A stretch of 64,000 nucleotides of DNA from the human T2T-CHM13v2.0 reference genome, Homo sapiens: the NCBI RefSeq assembly GCF_009914755.1, contig NC_060926.1. One strand, written 5' to 3'. The notes beneath the pieces are model-generated. The model did no database searches. It was not told where the DNA came from and worked only from the letters and a program-made list of their open reading frames with translations. Positions 61,000-64,000 of the stretch are shown in pieces (position 1 is the first letter of the stretch; every line of letters starts with the position of its first letter). The position numbers were made by a program, and so were the translations under genes.

Positions 61000-61460
61000 T
61001 CCAAATGCACGGACGTCAAAGGCTACCTTCACCCGGGTAGCCTTGCGAATGGCCACTGCTGCGAGTGGGGCTTTCTGGGGATTGTAGTCCATAGGCCTCC
61101 TTGCGCAAGCGCGTGGTACCAGACGCAAGCTAGGGGCGACATTGTTTGGAATGCTGGGTTGAGTCCCGGCTGGACCGCGCCCCTCTCGGAAGTGTAGCCA
61201 GGAGTAGGGGTGTAGGATGTGCAGCTGTGACCCGTCCCTGTGGACTGAAGTAGGAGGAGTGGAGGAGGGGACTGGTGACCAATGAAAAGGCCTCGTGGGT
61301 GGGGTAGGCTGGGGAAGTTCAGCGGCCCCTATCTACCCGGGATGGAATGGGAAGCGCTTGGGCTCAGTTTGGGGAGCAGCCCTGGGTTTGACAAAACGTG
61401 CATCTTCACGTTTCGTGACAGCGACTTGCGCTGTGCCACCTTGGGTCGAGGCTTAGGGTC
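61000..61460. promoter_or_regulatory. CpG-enriched promoter-like region with ZNF143/ACTACA, NRF1-like and ETS motifs
   Basis: GCTTTCTGGGGATTGTAGTCC at 61070-61090 (reverse GGACTACAATCCCCAGAAAGC), TGCGCAAGCGC at ~61102, CGGAAG at 61187; local CpG rise. Confidence 0.65.
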
Positions 61461-61826
61461 AGTCTTGGAATGTGCATCCCTGGATGAGGGCAGAGGGGCG
61501 CTGGCTCAGGGTTTGGGAGTAATGGCTGGGGCTGTGCCTCCCTGAATGGGATGAGGGATTTGCTTAAGCAGCTTGTCTCTGGAGATAGAGGATGGCTTGG
61601 GCTATTCTCGCTCAGTTTGGTGGGGGCGATTCTGGCTCAGCACCCCTAGGTTCTTGGATGGGGAGTTGTCTTGGGTCTGAACTCTGGATTTTGGCAGCTC
61701 TGACTCCACTGGGGCATTTCTGACTTCAGGGCAGAGGTTCCGGCTTCTGGCAATAAAGAAACAACTCAGACTGTAAAAACTCTGGAGTTTAATGTCACCG
61801 AACACATTTTGAAAAGAACTGCCCCA

Positions 61827-62397
<571 letters not shown>

Positions 62398-64000
62398 TTA
62401 CACTCACCAAATTTGAAGTTTGAATGCTCTCTGTATATTTGATAAAGTTAGAGATTTAGTGTTAATTATTTTAGGTGTAATAGCAGCATTTATTACATTT
62501 CTGATCGTGTTTCTGGACAATTGCAGTTCCAGATTCAGCTGCACTTTTCCTCTAGGTCTTCATTCCCTGAAGAGGTTGATATGGGCATCTGGTCTCATTC
62601 CTGATGTATTCCTCAGATCAGAGTAGTTGTCAGTTTGAGGGATGAGAAAGGCATTTGTGTGAGAGAGCTGTGTGGACTTTGGCAGATAGGGAAAAAACAA
62701 GAGTCCTGAGGTGCTATGTGTCCCATGCCTTTGGCTCCCCACCTTTTCCACCCTGCTGTCTGCCCTGAAAGGCCACCATTGCCTTCTGGCCTTGCTTGTC
62801 TTTGGCCAGTGGGAAGTCTCAACAGGAAAGTTTGGAGAGAGGAAGAAGTGTGAGTTGGAGGATCTTGTCCCCCAGTTCTCTCTCTGCAGGATTGTCACAG
62901 ATTAGCTGCCCTTCTAAACAACAGGTCATGGTTTGGGTGGCCCTGGCCACACAGTCCTCTCAGTTCCAGGCTCCAGGGACTGCTCCCTCCCCTTACCTCT
63001 TAAGGCCCAGGTATTATAATGGCACCTCCTGTCACTTCCCAGGATAGAGCCTTATCCACTCTGATTTCCTTACCCCCAGCCAACACCATCGTAAGCCGTC
63101 TGTTTATTAAACTCCCCTCAAATTTGAATGTGCCATCTGGTTCCTGCCATGGCCCATAGTTGATACAGGCAGGGAGTGTCTGAAGCCAGAAATTCAGGAA
63201 ACCAAACCCTCAACTATATATGTGTGACTGCATGTGTGTAGATGTGTGCTTGAAAATAAACCTGTCCCATCATTGGCTCTTAAGTGAGAACAGGTACTAG
63301 AAGTAGAGGGCGAGTTTATGTCTTTGTGTGTGCGTATAATGTATAATATCCAAGCCAATTCTATTTGTTCATTTGTTAATATTAAGAAACATTGATTGAG
63401 TGCTTGTTAAATGATAAGATCCTTAGCAAGTACAGTGGATAAAAGACTACAGCTTGTTTTTTTTTTGTTTGTTTTTTTTTTAGGATTTGTAGTTTTTTGA
63501 CAGGGGAAAGGAGGAGTGTTTCCTTGGTAGGTTTTAACTATTGTAAAATGATGTAATTCATGCTGTATTAATAAGTTGAACATTCCTTATTTTGGCCTTT
63601 GTTGGAGCCCAAAATAAGAAGTGATTAATGATGTCTCTTAAAGGTATTAAAGGAGAGAAAAAGAGTCCGAGGATTTACCAAAAAGACATTTCATATTCTA
63701 TTAACCTGATTCTATAACCCTGTAAGCTGCAATTCAAAGGGTAACCAACAGACCAGTGCCAATAAATGATATTGGTCTGTGACCAGATAATTTGAGAACT
63801 TGATTGTAGATGTTTAAAATTTTGTCTTATTGATTAATATAATAATAACAATTGGGCTTTAATTTGCATACCTTCTTTATTTCCTTTTTCCAGTAATTTC
63901 TTTTTACTGTATCTTACCAAAATATCAGTCTGTGACAGACTGAAAGTAACGGTAATAATAATATAAAAACTAGTCCTTTATCACAGATAGTGTGAGAAGC

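Overview
Primate, almost certainly human, pericentromeric-type mosaic. The combination of alpha satellite, an rDNA relic carrying the MIR663B hairpin and a CDC27 retrocopy fits my recollection of chr2q21.2, the inactivated ancestral centromere; this locus assignment is inference, not a search result. In order: (1) about 6 kb of alpha satellite in two oppositely oriented blocks with no intact CENP-B box seen; (2) a ~30 kb decayed, circularly permuted rDNA unit on the minus strand (3' part of 28S, terminators, IGS, truncated 5'ETS, 18S, ITS1, 5.8S, partial ITS2) that lacks its Pol I promoter; (3) within the IGS, a CDC27 retrocopy made from an intronically polyadenylated mRNA and interrupted by a 5'-inverted L1PA2-like insertion; (4) two tandem copies (5.9 kb period) of an ACRO1-satellite composite; (5) Alu/L1/MLT/L2-rich DNA ending in a ZNF143-motif promoter. 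The best candidate for overlooked biology is the ACRO1 unit. It reads as a Pol II gene (GC box, TATA, Inr-like site, non-coding exon, GT-AG intron) with a 745-codon Ser/Pro ORF of 48-49 aa repeats resembling the RPB1 CTD, followed by a decayed in-frame His/Cys/Arg tail. Most other listed ORFs are artefacts of repeats or GC-rich rDNA.
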